Part shown: piece by piece, positions 39,837 through 49,088 of the stretch | Position numbering within the stretch: position 1 is the first letter of the stretch | Layout: every line of letters starts with the position of its first letter | Assembly (NCBI GenBank): GCA_050250895.1 | Contig: JBFWNU010000006.1 | Location: forward strand, 443,720-507,719 | DNA length: 64,000 nucleotides | Reading direction: 5' to 3' | Origin: Vulcanimicrobiota bacterium | GTDB lineage: Bacteria; Vulcanimicrobiota; Xenobia; Xenobiales; JADMJV01 | The notes under the pieces: model-generated | Told to the model about the DNA's origin: nothing | Database searches by the model: none | The model's input: the letters and a program-made list of their open reading frames with translations, nothing else | Translations under genes and position numbers: made by a program

Positions 39837-41596
39837 TCTCTTCTACTTTTACCAATCCCAGCGCCACCCGTGCCCTTTTCCATCGGGCCCAGCAGCAACA
39901 CCACGCCAAACACGGCGGCGGCGACCAGGTGCAGTTACGCGGCGGCCACGATCGCGAAGACTATCACACCACCCTGGCCCGTTTTCGTGACCAACTCCAG
40001 GCTCGCGAGGACCTGGGCCTGGTGCCCAATGCCGAAATGGGCAAGATTTTTGAAGAGATTCTGGCCGACAAAACCCCCACCGAAGACCTCAAGATCATCG
40101 CCGACCGCAAGATGGCCGATGCGGGTTTGGCTCCCGCCTTCACGCGGGCGGTGCTCGACCAGGCCGCAGCGATCAAAGGGCCGGCCATGCCGGGGCCAAA
40201 CGACTCGCACATTCGCGACCTGCGCCACGTCAAGATGACCTCGATCGACAATGGCACGCTCAATCCCAAGACGCGCGAGCTCGAGCACGCTTCGATGGAT
40301 ATCGATCAGCTCAGCGCCGGCGAAAAGCTGCCTGACGGACGCATCCGCATCTACGTGGCCATCGCCGACGTAGACTCTCTGGTCAAACAGGGCGACGCCC
40401 TCGACCAGGCGGCTGCCCACAACACCAGCACCGTATACACCGACGACAAAATCTATCCGATGATTCCGACCAACATCTCGGAGGGGCATACCTCGCTCAA
40501 CCCGGGCGAAGATCGCCTGGCCATGGTCAAAGAATACGTGGTCGGCCTCAACGGCGAGATTGAAGAAGGCCAGGTCTATCAGGCCATGGTGCACAACCAC
40601 GGCAAGATGGCTTACGAGAGCGTGGCCGACTGGATGGGAGAACAGCAGGGTCCCACCCCGCCTCCCCTCGAGAACCCGGCTATCGCCGAGCAGGTTCGCG
40701 TGCAAGACGAAGCCGCTCAGCGCATCAAAGCGGCTCGCTTTGGCAACGGTTCGATCACCCTCGAGAGCAGCGAAACCCGAGCCACGATGGAGAACGGCGA
40801 GGTCAAAGAACTCGAGAAACATCGCCAGAACCGGGCCCACGAACTGATCGAGAATTTGATGATCGGAGCCAACCAGGTCACCGCCCGTTTCTTGGCCGAC
40901 CGTGGTTATCCCAGTCTGCGCCGTATCGTCAAGACGCCCGAGAAGTGGGACCACATCGTCGACCTGGCCAAAAGCCTGGGCCACGACCTGCCCAAGTCTC
41001 CCGACTCGAAGGCTCTCAATGAGTTTCTTGAGGGTCAGAAGGCCGCCGACCCTAACCACTTCCAAGACTTGTCGCTCAAAGTGGTCAAATACATCGGTCG
41101 CGGCGAGTACGTGGTCGACTCGCCGGAGGAGCCGGCGGTTGGGCACTTCTGCCTGGCCCTGTCGGATTACTCGCACTCGACCGCTCCCAACCGCCGCTAT
41201 GCCGACCTGGTATTGCAGCGCATCGAGAAGGCCGCCGCTTTGGGCCAGCCCTGCCCCTACACCCTCGAAGAACTGACCGAGATCGCCGCCCACCTGAGCA
41301 AGCAAGAAGCCGAGATCAAAAAGGTCGAGCGCCAGGTCAATCACTCGGCCCAGGCCAAGTTGATGAAGGCGCATATCGGAGAGAACTTCGCTGGCGTGGT
41401 CCAGCAGGCGACCGCCCAGGGAACCTTCGTGCGACTACCCGACCCGCCCGTTCAGGGCAAGGTCGTTCAGGGCGCCAACGGCCTGGAAGAGCGTCAGGAT
41501 GTCGAGGTTACTCTCAAATCGGTCAACGTCGAAAAGGGATGGATCGACTTCGTGGTGGACGAGAGTAGCCACGGGGGATTCCTCACTGCCGGCTAG
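39833..41596 (+). CDS. RNB-domain exoribonuclease (RNase II/R family)
   Basis: SID..DIDQ, VAIADV, LIENLMIGAN, HSTAPNRRYADL, C-terminal S1-like domain. Confidence 0.9.
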   Translation: MISSTFTNPSATRALFHRAQQQHHAKHGGGDQVQLRGGHDREDYHTTLARFRDQLQAREDLGLVPNAEMGKIFEEILADKTPTEDLKIIADRKMADAGLAPAFTRAVLDQAAAIKGPAMPGPNDSHIRDLRHVKMTSIDNGTLNPKTRELEHASMDIDQLSAGEKLPDGRIRIYVAIADVDSLVKQGDALDQAAAHNTSTVYTDDKIYPMIPTNISEGHTSLNPGEDRLAMVKEYVVGLNGEIEEGQVYQAMVHNHGKMAYESVADWMGEQQGPTPPPLENPAIAEQVRVQDEAAQRIKAARFGNGSITLESSETRATMENGEVKELEKHRQNRAHELIENLMIGANQVTARFLADRGYPSLRRIVKTPEKWDHIVDLAKSLGHDLPKSPDSKALNEFLEGQKAADPNHFQDLSLKVVKYIGRGEYVVDSPEEPAVGHFCLALSDYSHSTAPNRRYADLVLQRIEKAAALGQPCPYTLEELTEIAAHLSKQEAEIKKVERQVNHSAQAKLMKAHIGENFAGVVQQATAQGTFVRLPDPPVQGKVVQGANGLEERQDVEVTLKSVNVEKGWIDFVVDESSHGGFLTAG

Positions 41597-42197
41597 GACA
41601 TAGGTCAGCCAATTGGCAGCTCTGGCAAGCAGGCTTCTTGGCCTTGCAGACATAGCGACCGTGCAGTAGCAGGCGCGAAGAACCAGGCCACCACTGGTTC
41701 TCAGGCAGGACCTCCTGGAGGTCCTGTTCGATTTTGTCGGCGTCACTACTCGAACTCAAGCCAAGTCGCCCAGCGATGCGCTTGACGTGGGTGTCGACCA
41801 CCACAGCCGGCATTCCGAACGCCTGACCCCGCATCAAATTGGCGGTCTTGCGGCCCACTCCGGGCAGAGCGACCAGTTCGTCCATCGCGCTGGGTACCGT
41901 TCCCTGATGGCGTTCGCACAGGGCCGCGCAGCACTTCTTGAGCGAGTTGGCCTTATTGCGATAGAAGCCGGTAGGCCGGATCAGCTCTTCGAGTTCGGCC
42001 TGGTCGGCGACGGCCAAGGCCTGCGCATCGGGGTAACGTGCAAAAAGCCCCGGCGTCACCTGATTGACCCGCTCGTCGGTGCACTGCGCCGATAAGATCG
42101 TGGCCATCAACAGTTGAAAGGGGCTCTGATGATGCAGTTCGGTTTCGAAGTTGGGGACGGATTGCTCGAGTCGCTCGAGCAGCAGGGTGATGTTCAC
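41583..42197 (-). CDS. nth: Endonuclease III
   Basis: LSAQCTDERVN, LPGVGRKTAN, VDTHV, C-x6-C-x2-C-x5-C. Confidence 0.95.
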   Translation of the reverse strand: MNITLLLERLEQSVPNFETELHHQSPFQLLMATILSAQCTDERVNQVTPGLFARYPDAQALAVADQAELEELIRPTGFYRNKANSLKKCCAALCERHQGTVPSAMDELVALPGVGRKTANLMRGQAFGMPAVVVDTHVKRIAGRLGLSSSSDADKIEQDLQEVLPENQWWPGSSRLLLHGRYVCKAKKPACQSCQLADLCPSRQ

Positions 42198-42210
42198 CCT
42201 CAGGGTTACT

Positions 42211-43026
42211 CTACTCGGCCTTCGTACCCCTGGCGGCGGGTCTCTCCCCGGCTTTGAGCCAGCCTTTCGGAGGCGAAGAGGGGGTCTCGAAATAGCTGGG
42301 GTCTTTCCAGTTGGCCTGTTTGCCGGTGACCTTCTCCAGGCCGCTCTCGAGTTTTCGCCAGTATCCGGTCTTGCTCAAGATCGGATTGAACATGCCGTTG
42401 ACCACACAAAAATAGTCGTTCCACTTACCGGAGTGGTGCTGGTCGTGATTCTCCGGCGGCATCAAGACGTGGGCCCGCTGCAAGCCTCGAATCAAACGGT
42501 TCGGGTTGTCCTGGTGCGACCAGCGATGGCTGGCCTGGGTCACCACAAAACCGCTCAGCAACCCGAGCCCGGCCGCGGCGACGCCGGCCGGGGCCAGCAT
42601 GGCCAGTCCCACCAGGGCCGGAGCCGCGGGAATGGCGGTGGCGCCCACGTTGGCCGCCAGGCTGTGGCGCTCGAGGCTCTTCTCGTCATGATGGTGATAG
42701 TGAAATTCGTCGGCCTGGTTGCCGAGGACGGGAGTGTCTTCGTTGACGAAGTGGTCAAGACCGAAGTGAATGTGGCCCGTGATCAGGTCCGAAGCCGCGT
42801 AACCGGCTCCGATGGTAGCCAGGACACCGGCGCCGGCCAGCACCTTGGGCAGCACCCCGGGCTGGTGAGCGACATGCAGGGCCAATTTCGACACGGCTAG
42901 ACCGCCGGCGGCGACGAAGGCGGTAACGCCGGCTTTATGGGCCACTTTCGTCTTGCCTTTGGGCGAGGCTATCACGGGCTTGGGAGGCGCGGAAGCGGCT
43001 CTGGATGAACGACTTAGAACTCTCAT
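42211..43026 (-). CDS. CarF/TMEM189/FAD4-family lipid desaturase
   Basis: His boxes HFGLD, FHYHH, HRWSH, HDQHH and YFCVVNG; TM segments. Confidence 0.82.
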   Translation of the reverse strand: MRVLSRSSRAASAPPKPVIASPKGKTKVAHKAGVTAFVAAGGLAVSKLALHVAHQPGVLPKVLAGAGVLATIGAGYAASDLITGHIHFGLDHFVNEDTPVLGNQADEFHYHHHDEKSLERHSLAANVGATAIPAAPALVGLAMLAPAGVAAAGLGLLSGFVVTQASHRWSHQDNPNRLIRGLQRAHVLMPPENHDQHHSGKWNDYFCVVNGMFNPILSKTGYWRKLESGLEKVTGKQANWKDPSYFETPSSPPKGWLKAGERPAARGTKAE

Positions 43027-43142
43027 GTCGCCAGCATACCAGCCGCGCTCTGGCCAGAAGCTGTTCGCGGTTGGGGATTGTAAACAGTTTGCGAACCTGA
43101 GGTTACCAGGGCTCGTTCGGCGGGCGCAGAACTGATCAAGCC

Positions 43143-44852
43143 GTGGAGCAAAATCGCGACCAGTTGATGGAGGGCCTGCGCTCAGAGGGCGTGATCGACT
43201 CGAGCGGCAGTTTCACGCTCAACCCTGCCCGGGCCAGGGCCATGATTCGCGAACGCTTGCTAGAAGAGCCGAACTTCTACGCTCTGTGCCTGTTGGCCGG
43301 GGCCATCGCCAACGGGGCCGAGAATCTTCGTTTGCTACATGATGCCACTCGGTTTGACCTGATCTTCGACGGGCCCGCCATCAGCCGGCAAGAACTCGAA
43401 CAGCTTTCCCTGGGCATCCTCTCGCACACCACGCCAGCGCTGCGAGAGTTGAACTTTGGCCTCATGGCCGCCACGGCCCTGGCTCCCCGCCGAGTGGTGG
43501 TCGAATCCAAAGACGATTCGGCCGGTCATCGCCTCATTCTTGACGCCAACCGGGCCGAGTGCGAGGCGGCCCGCAACCTTGCCGCCGGAAATCGCATCAA
43601 CATCACCTTCGCCAAAGGGATCTTCAGCAACTGGAGCCGCCAGGCCAATCTCGAGCTGGTGCCGGTGCTGCGCCGGCGCCTGATGTATCATCGGGCCGAC
43701 CTGATGGTCAACGGCCGCAGCCTGGGACAACCCGTAGACACCGGGCGCTGCCTGGCCTGGTGGCGCTATTCTTCGAACGGCCGCGAGCCGATCCAGGCCT
43801 ACCCACCCCGAGCCCCGGTGCACGGACATGGTCGCGGCGATTATTGTGGCGTGCTGGCCCTGGGCTGCAGCGCTACCGCCGTGGTGGTGGTCGTCCACGG
43901 TGTTTGCTACCCCTTCCGCGGCGAGCTCGAGTTCGAGGGGGTGCGCGGGGTCATCTATTGCGACGACTTGCGCAAAGACCTGTCCCAAGCCCAACTGGTG
44001 GAAGACGATGCCTGGCATCGGCTGAGCCATTGGCTTCGTCGCGAGCTTCGACGCCTGGCCCGAGAACTCGAGCAGCAGTGGGACAAACTCGATCGCGACC
44101 AATCGCAGAACTCGGTGCCCTACCTCGACAAACTGGCCGAGCTCGAAAGCCGGGCCGGCAACCTTTCCGACGCGCAGGTGCTCTATGAGCGCTTGCTCAG
44201 GGTGCGGGCCGAGACCAGCGAAGCTACCGATCCCGACGTATTGCTCAACCTGTCCAACCTCGGCACACTCTACTTCCTGCAGCGCCGCCACGACGAGGCC
44301 CTGGAGATCTTTCTAGCCATCGCTGAAGACCTGCAGAAGGTCGGCCGCCACCAAGACGCCCGCACCTATTACGAGCGGGTCCTGCGGCTCGAGGCCAAGG
44401 TCTCGGCTCAATTTGCGGCTTCGATCCTGGCCGCCCTGGTGGGCTGCATCGAGTGCGCCGCCTTGGCCGGAGAACGCGCTCAGGCCAGCGCCTTGCTGGC
44501 CCAATTCTGCTTGCGCTTTGATCGGGTGGGCCTGCCCGAGGGTCGGATTCGCGGTGACCTATTGGCTCGCCTGGATGACCTCGAGCGGGCCCACCCGGAC
44601 CTGGCCGGCGGCGATCTGGCCGAATGGCTCGAGGCCGTCCACGCCGATCGCCGCCTGCGCCACTGTGCCCGCTGCGGCAGCCGCCGAGTGCTGGCTGACC
44701 TGCCGGTGCATAAGTGGCGGGTCGGGGGGCATCGCCTGCGGGCCGAAGTGTGCGGGGCTTGCGGCCACGTGGCCCTGAACGCCGAGGACTTCGCCGCCCT
44801 ATGGGAAGAGAATCTTCCCCCGCTGGATTCTAACGACGCCAGCGACGATTAG
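43143..44852 (+). CDS. TPR protein with degenerate GHKL-like N-terminus and C-terminal zinc ribbon
   Basis: SGSFTLN..LLAGAIANGA; LSNLGTLYFLQRRHDEA TPR; CARC...CGAC. Confidence 0.65.
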   Translation: MEQNRDQLMEGLRSEGVIDSSGSFTLNPARARAMIRERLLEEPNFYALCLLAGAIANGAENLRLLHDATRFDLIFDGPAISRQELEQLSLGILSHTTPALRELNFGLMAATALAPRRVVVESKDDSAGHRLILDANRAECEAARNLAAGNRINITFAKGIFSNWSRQANLELVPVLRRRLMYHRADLMVNGRSLGQPVDTGRCLAWWRYSSNGREPIQAYPPRAPVHGHGRGDYCGVLALGCSATAVVVVVHGVCYPFRGELEFEGVRGVIYCDDLRKDLSQAQLVEDDAWHRLSHWLRRELRRLARELEQQWDKLDRDQSQNSVPYLDKLAELESRAGNLSDAQVLYERLLRVRAETSEATDPDVLLNLSNLGTLYFLQRRHDEALEIFLAIAEDLQKVGRHQDARTYYERVLRLEAKVSAQFAASILAALVGCIECAALAGERAQASALLAQFCLRFDRVGLPEGRIRGDLLARLDDLERAHPDLAGGDLAEWLEAVHADRRLRHCARCGSRRVLADLPVHKWRVGGHRLRAEVCGACGHVALNAEDFAALWEENLPPLDSNDASDD

Positions 44853-45216
44853 GGCTCGAGCCCGGTCCACCCCGCCAGCCGGGAGGGTTTTCCCAGTTGG
44901 TGCCGCGTCCACCGACGCGTCCCGGCGGGTTACCGTCGCGGTCGAAGCGATTGGGGCCCACCCCGGGGCCGCCCCGGCGTCCCGGAGGATTCTCCCAATT
45001 GGTACCGGGCCCACCAATCTGTCCGGGCGGGTTGTTGTCACGGTCGACGTTCAATCGGTCGGGGCTGGCTCCCGGCCCACCTCGCCAGCCGGGCGGATTC
45101 TCCCAGTTCGTCCCCCGTCCACCCAGACGCCCGGGCGGGTTGTTGTCACGGTCGCGCGCCAGGCTCGGCGCAAACAGGCATACAATCAAAGCGAGTGTTA
45201 GTGTTACGTGTTTCAT
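44830..45216 (-). CDS. Small secreted Gly/Pro-rich tandem-repeat protein
   Basis: Signal peptide plus 3 copies of DRDxNPPGxxGGxGTNWENPPGxRGGPG. Confidence 0.85.
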   Translation of the reverse strand: MKHVTLTLALIVCLFAPSLARDRDNNPPGRLGGRGTNWENPPGWRGGPGASPDRLNVDRDNNPPGQIGGPGTNWENPPGRRGGPGVGPNRFDRDGNPPGRVGGRGTNWENPPGWRGGPGSSPNRRWRR

Positions 45217-45485
45217 ACCGCTTCCGACCGCTGGCCTGGCCCGATGTTACATGGCTGCGGGATGGGAAACCGCCAGGCGCCCAGGCACAGAGAGGGTAGG
45301 GGAGAACCGTTGTGGGGACCGGTTGATTTTCAAGACGGATCGGCATCGACGTGGCCGCTATCACTCTGCTGAGAGCATTCGCTTCGAGTCCGGCGACTTG
45401 CAACGCTCTCGCCGCGGATGTCGAGCCGCCGGTTAGGAGCGCGAGCAAGATACATTGGCTGGTCCCGCCCGAAAAACGAGTAGCC

Positions 45486-46664
45486 TCAGCCCGAGCGAGA
45501 CCTGATGCGCCGGCGCTGCACGGCGGCCTCTCGCGCGGCCTTCCACTCAGGCCGGGCCGCAAAGTCCTTCTCGTGCTCGTTGGCGTGGCAACTCGGACAC
45601 AACAGCTCTAAGTCCTCCAGCCGATGGCACCGGGTCTCGGACCAGGCGCGAACGTGGTGGATCACCAGGTTCCCACCGGCGCACGAACATCGCTCACAGC
45701 GGCCAAAGGCCCGAGCATACACGGCCCGCACCAGTCCCACCGAAAGCCCCGGCCGACCCTTGGACCGACTCGGCGGTAGCGGCAACTGCTCGGGTTGGGT
45801 ACTTCCAGCTGGAAGTTCCTGGGAGCAAGCCACCACGATACCGGTTTGCTTCATCGCCTCGTCAACGGCCGCCCGTTCGGCCGGCAACAGTCCTCGATCG
45901 GTATCATAAAAACCCTCGCCCGTGACACCGTTCACGTGCACGATGACCTGATGGCGCACCTTGCTGCGGTTGTCTGCCGAGGCGAGCAGCGCCCGGCTCA
46001 TCTCGGCTACGGCGGTCTCTTTGCTGACGCGCTTGCCCTGGCGTGCCTCGACCATTCTTTTGGCCTGCTCGTAGATGGCATACTGCTCGGGGGTCAGCAG
46101 CAGAACGACCTGTCTCAACTTCGGAACCTCCGGAACGGGGGTCGGCGCTGGCTTCTCCCCTGTGGGTTGCTCAGCAAACGCCAATTCGGGTTGACTCTGA
46201 CGAGCTTCGAGCGAGGCTTTCAGCGCCTGGCCACGCTTATGCTGGGTGGGAGTGAGAGCCACGGCCCGTTCGACCGCCTGGGCTTTGTTCTTGAGGGCGA
46301 ATTCCAGCATCTCGCGTTCGTTTTCGGGAGTGGTGATCCGCTTGAGAGCGCGGGCTTTGCTCCAGCAGAGTTTGCCCTCGCGAAAGGCCTCTGAGATCAG
46401 TGGCAGTTGCTCGAAGACTTTGGCCAAACTGAGGAGTTCGCCGGCCTTCTGGGGATGCAGATGGAGGTGGCGAATAGCGTAGCCGACCACACTTCCGCTG
46501 CCCATGTGGCGATAGAGACCGCTACGTTCAGTGGCCAGCAGATGGGCGGCCAGCTCCCATTCGCAGCCGAAGGCTCGCTTGCTGGCCTGACGATTTCTCT
46601 GATGAAGTTCATGGTGTGAGAGTTGTTCCAGGGAGTGGGAAAGTTCCGCTAGAGATGATGACAT
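45486..46664 (-). CDS. HNH endonuclease with DUF222-like N-terminal region
   Basis: GGAGG RBS; EAFREGKLCWSKARAL..ITTPENE; C-terminal RCERC..IHHV..LLCPSCHANEH. Confidence 0.85.
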   Translation of the reverse strand: MSSSLAELSHSLEQLSHHELHQRNRQASKRAFGCEWELAAHLLATERSGLYRHMGSGSVVGYAIRHLHLHPQKAGELLSLAKVFEQLPLISEAFREGKLCWSKARALKRITTPENEREMLEFALKNKAQAVERAVALTPTQHKRGQALKASLEARQSQPELAFAEQPTGEKPAPTPVPEVPKLRQVVLLLTPEQYAIYEQAKRMVEARQGKRVSKETAVAEMSRALLASADNRSKVRHQVIVHVNGVTGEGFYDTDRGLLPAERAAVDEAMKQTGIVVACSQELPAGSTQPEQLPLPPSRSKGRPGLSVGLVRAVYARAFGRCERCSCAGGNLVIHHVRAWSETRCHRLEDLELLCPSCHANEHEKDFAARPEWKAAREAAVQRRRIRSRSG

Positions 46665-47144
46665 AGCCGACCTCCGGGTAGAAGAAGAATCAAGGAATGA
46701 TCCTATTTTACTTAAGAATCCGGCCCGGATCAAAGTGACGGAACGGCTTGGTTGTCGGGTTTCCTGCTCGCCTCACAGGAGACTGCGAGCAGGGTCTCTG
46801 GCTGAAAAACGACTTCGCCAGCCATGGACGGTACGCGGAGGGCTGAGAGCGCCCATCATGGACGTTGTGGCGTGATTGAAGTGGGGGGAATCTTCGGGGA
46901 CAATGCTCTCTTTGCAAATATTAGGAAATCACAACATTCCCAGGACGACTTCCAGCTGGAAGACGACAGGTGGCCTTGTGGTCCAAATCCGGTTTGAAGG
47001 ATTGACCGCAGAGGAATTGCTGGCTCTGCCGGGTGCAGGGGCCGCGGTGTCAGGCGCCTCCACAGTATATCAGTCCCGGCCACAGCTTCGACGCCCATGT
47101 TTGGCTTCGCGCGGCGGTAGGCTCACGCCTACCATGGATACTAA

Positions 47145-47408
47145 CGCTCCGGCGGTCGCCACTCGCGCCTTACCCCGACAAAGAATTCGTGTCCGTTCCA
47201 GGATTCCTCAACCAACACCCACTCCTCCGCGGCCCACTGCGGATCTCCGCGGTTTCCGAAACTCGAGCGCCCCCCTTCGATTGGCACCGCCCCCTCCGCG
47301 CCTTTGCGCCTTTGCGGTTTCCCCCTCGGGCGCTCACCGCGGCCGCGGGCCAAAGCCTACTTGAGCAAGAACAAAATGGCGAAGGTCGTGATCATGGCCG
47401 TCACCACG
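47145..47408. repeat. Diverged direct repeat, copy A (partner 50138-50691), including the last 17 codons of the TSUP gene
   Basis: Shared AAGAATTCGTGTCCGTTCCAGGA, CTCCGCGGCCCACTGCGGATCTCCGCGGTTTCC and GGCACCGCCCCCTCC...CTACTTGAGCAAGA blocks. Confidence 0.9.
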
Positions 47409-47690
47409 GTGGTGGTTACTGTGAACTTGGAGTTCGCTAGCCAGCCTAGACGCCCACAACCAATGAATTCGGTCGGACCCCAGCCCTCCAGTGGTGCCAA
47501 CCTCTCCGCGACCATCGCGCCCTCCTTTTGATCTCCGCGGTTACCCCAACTCGAGCGCCCCCCTCCTCAAGCTCCTCGGCCGTCCATTGGCGAATCTCTG
47601 GGTTAAGTCACACTTCCTTCGCACCTCGGACCCGGCGAGTCGCCACACGGGCCGACAGGCCGCCCGTCCGTTCGTCTTGAATTAAGCCGG

Positions 47691-48509
47691 ATGAAGCGTT
47701 CGCTTGTCTGGCTCGTCGTGGTCACGGTGGCGACTGCTTGCCTGGTCAGGTGTCTCCGTGCTCCAAGCTTGCCCGAACCGACTCCATCCATCGTTGGCTG
47801 CACCGCCGAAGATATCTATGGCCCCGATACAGTGATGGCTGGCTGTTGGCATCAGCTGGCAAATCTGGCCGCCACCGCTCAGGCCTATCGAAAAGAACGG
47901 GGTCGCTGGCCGGACGACCTGGGCCCGAGGTTGGCGTGCCAGGCCGACGCCGGTCAGCCACCTGCGCTGCGAGTGGAGCAAGACCACATCGTCATCTTTT
48001 GTCCCGGTGCGGCCCACGCAAAGGTTGGCCTGCCGCCAGACTATCCGCGTTATGACTCAAGATGGGGGATGCTTCTCCATCCTCCCGTCGACCGCATCGA
48101 CGAGGGTGGATTGAACATGACCGATCTGCGCCCGGGTATGTCCTTCGAGCAGGCCAGCCGAATCGCCGGTCCTGGACTCAGGCTCAACCGCTTGAACCAC
48201 ATCTATTCTCATCCTCTACCTCTCTCGACCGTGATCCTCGACTCGCAGCGCAAACTGGCCTTTCTCGAAAGTTCGGCCCTTTCCAGCAAGGCTCAGTTGG
48301 CCCTCTGCGTCGGCGACCCCCAAAGCGAGGCGCATCGCCTGCTCGGTCAACCGCTGCGCTCTGGGCCGACCGGCCAGTTCCCACCGCAGGGCGACCTCTT
48401 CCGGGTGGATGGCCTGGATGTGCACATCGACTTCAGGAACGAGCATGTTGATCGAATCTACCTGACGGTGCCCGACTACAAGCCGGAGTGGAGTCTCTGG
48501 CGTGAATGA
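47691..48509 (+). CDS. Exported hypothetical protein with pilin-like globular segment
   Basis: N-terminal TM; CWHQLANLAATAQAY..GRWPDDL..C..IFCPGAAH..YPRYDS. Confidence 0.6.
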   Translation: MKRSLVWLVVVTVATACLVRCLRAPSLPEPTPSIVGCTAEDIYGPDTVMAGCWHQLANLAATAQAYRKERGRWPDDLGPRLACQADAGQPPALRVEQDHIVIFCPGAAHAKVGLPPDYPRYDSRWGMLLHPPVDRIDEGGLNMTDLRPGMSFEQASRIAGPGLRLNRLNHIYSHPLPLSTVILDSQRKLAFLESSALSSKAQLALCVGDPQSEAHRLLGQPLRSGPTGQFPPQGDLFRVDGLDVHIDFRNEHVDRIYLTVPDYKPEWSLWRE

Positions 48510-48729
48510 CGGGCCGAGTTGGCCACCGCCGCCGCCGCCCCACATCCCAGGGTCACTTCCGCGCGGAAGTCTAGCTTCCGCCTCGGCGCCGAGCCGCTGC
48601 ACTGGCCCGAAAGACCCGGCCCGAACGCTTGTCTCCCGCAAGTTGTGCGCCGTACAGTCAGGTGGGGTGGTCCCCTTGTACCGGACACTCACATAAGCGT
48701 ACAATGCAAGAAAGCGAAGGTGAGTGTAC

Positions 48730-49044
48730 ATGGCAAGAAAGCATACGACTTACACAAAGGAATACAAGCAGAGCGTTCTGGCTCTGTTGATGGAGGGGAA
48801 TCGCACCCCGAGAGAAGTGGCCAATAGCCTCGGCATACCGCCTCGAACCGTTCAGGGTTGGGCACAGGCTGCGGGCATTTCCGAGAAGCTGGCGGCCGGC
48901 GCGCCGATTGAGCGCGACCAGGTCATTGAAATGATGGAATTGCGCGAGAAGTTGCGCCAGCAAGAAAAGCAGATTCGCACGTTAGAGATGGAGCGTGAGA
49001 TCCTAAAAAAGGCGGCAGCCTTCTTCGCGAAAGAACAGCTGTAA
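48730..49044 (+). CDS. IS3 transposase OrfA
   Basis: YTKEYK, HTH, EREILKKAAAFF; slippery A-AAA-AAG at 49005-49011. Confidence 0.93.
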   Translation: MARKHTTYTKEYKQSVLALLMEGNRTPREVANSLGIPPRTVQGWAQAAGISEKLAAGAPIERDQVIEMMELREKLRQQEKQIRTLEMEREILKKAAAFFAKEQL

Positions 49045-49088
49045 GACTCAGCTTCATCTTTGAGGAGAAGGCAAACTTCAGGATTAGC

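Noticed and set aside
45486-46733. IscB/Cas9-like RNA-guided nuclease
   Set aside because: No PLMP or RuvC motifs are visible; only a C-terminal HNH domain.
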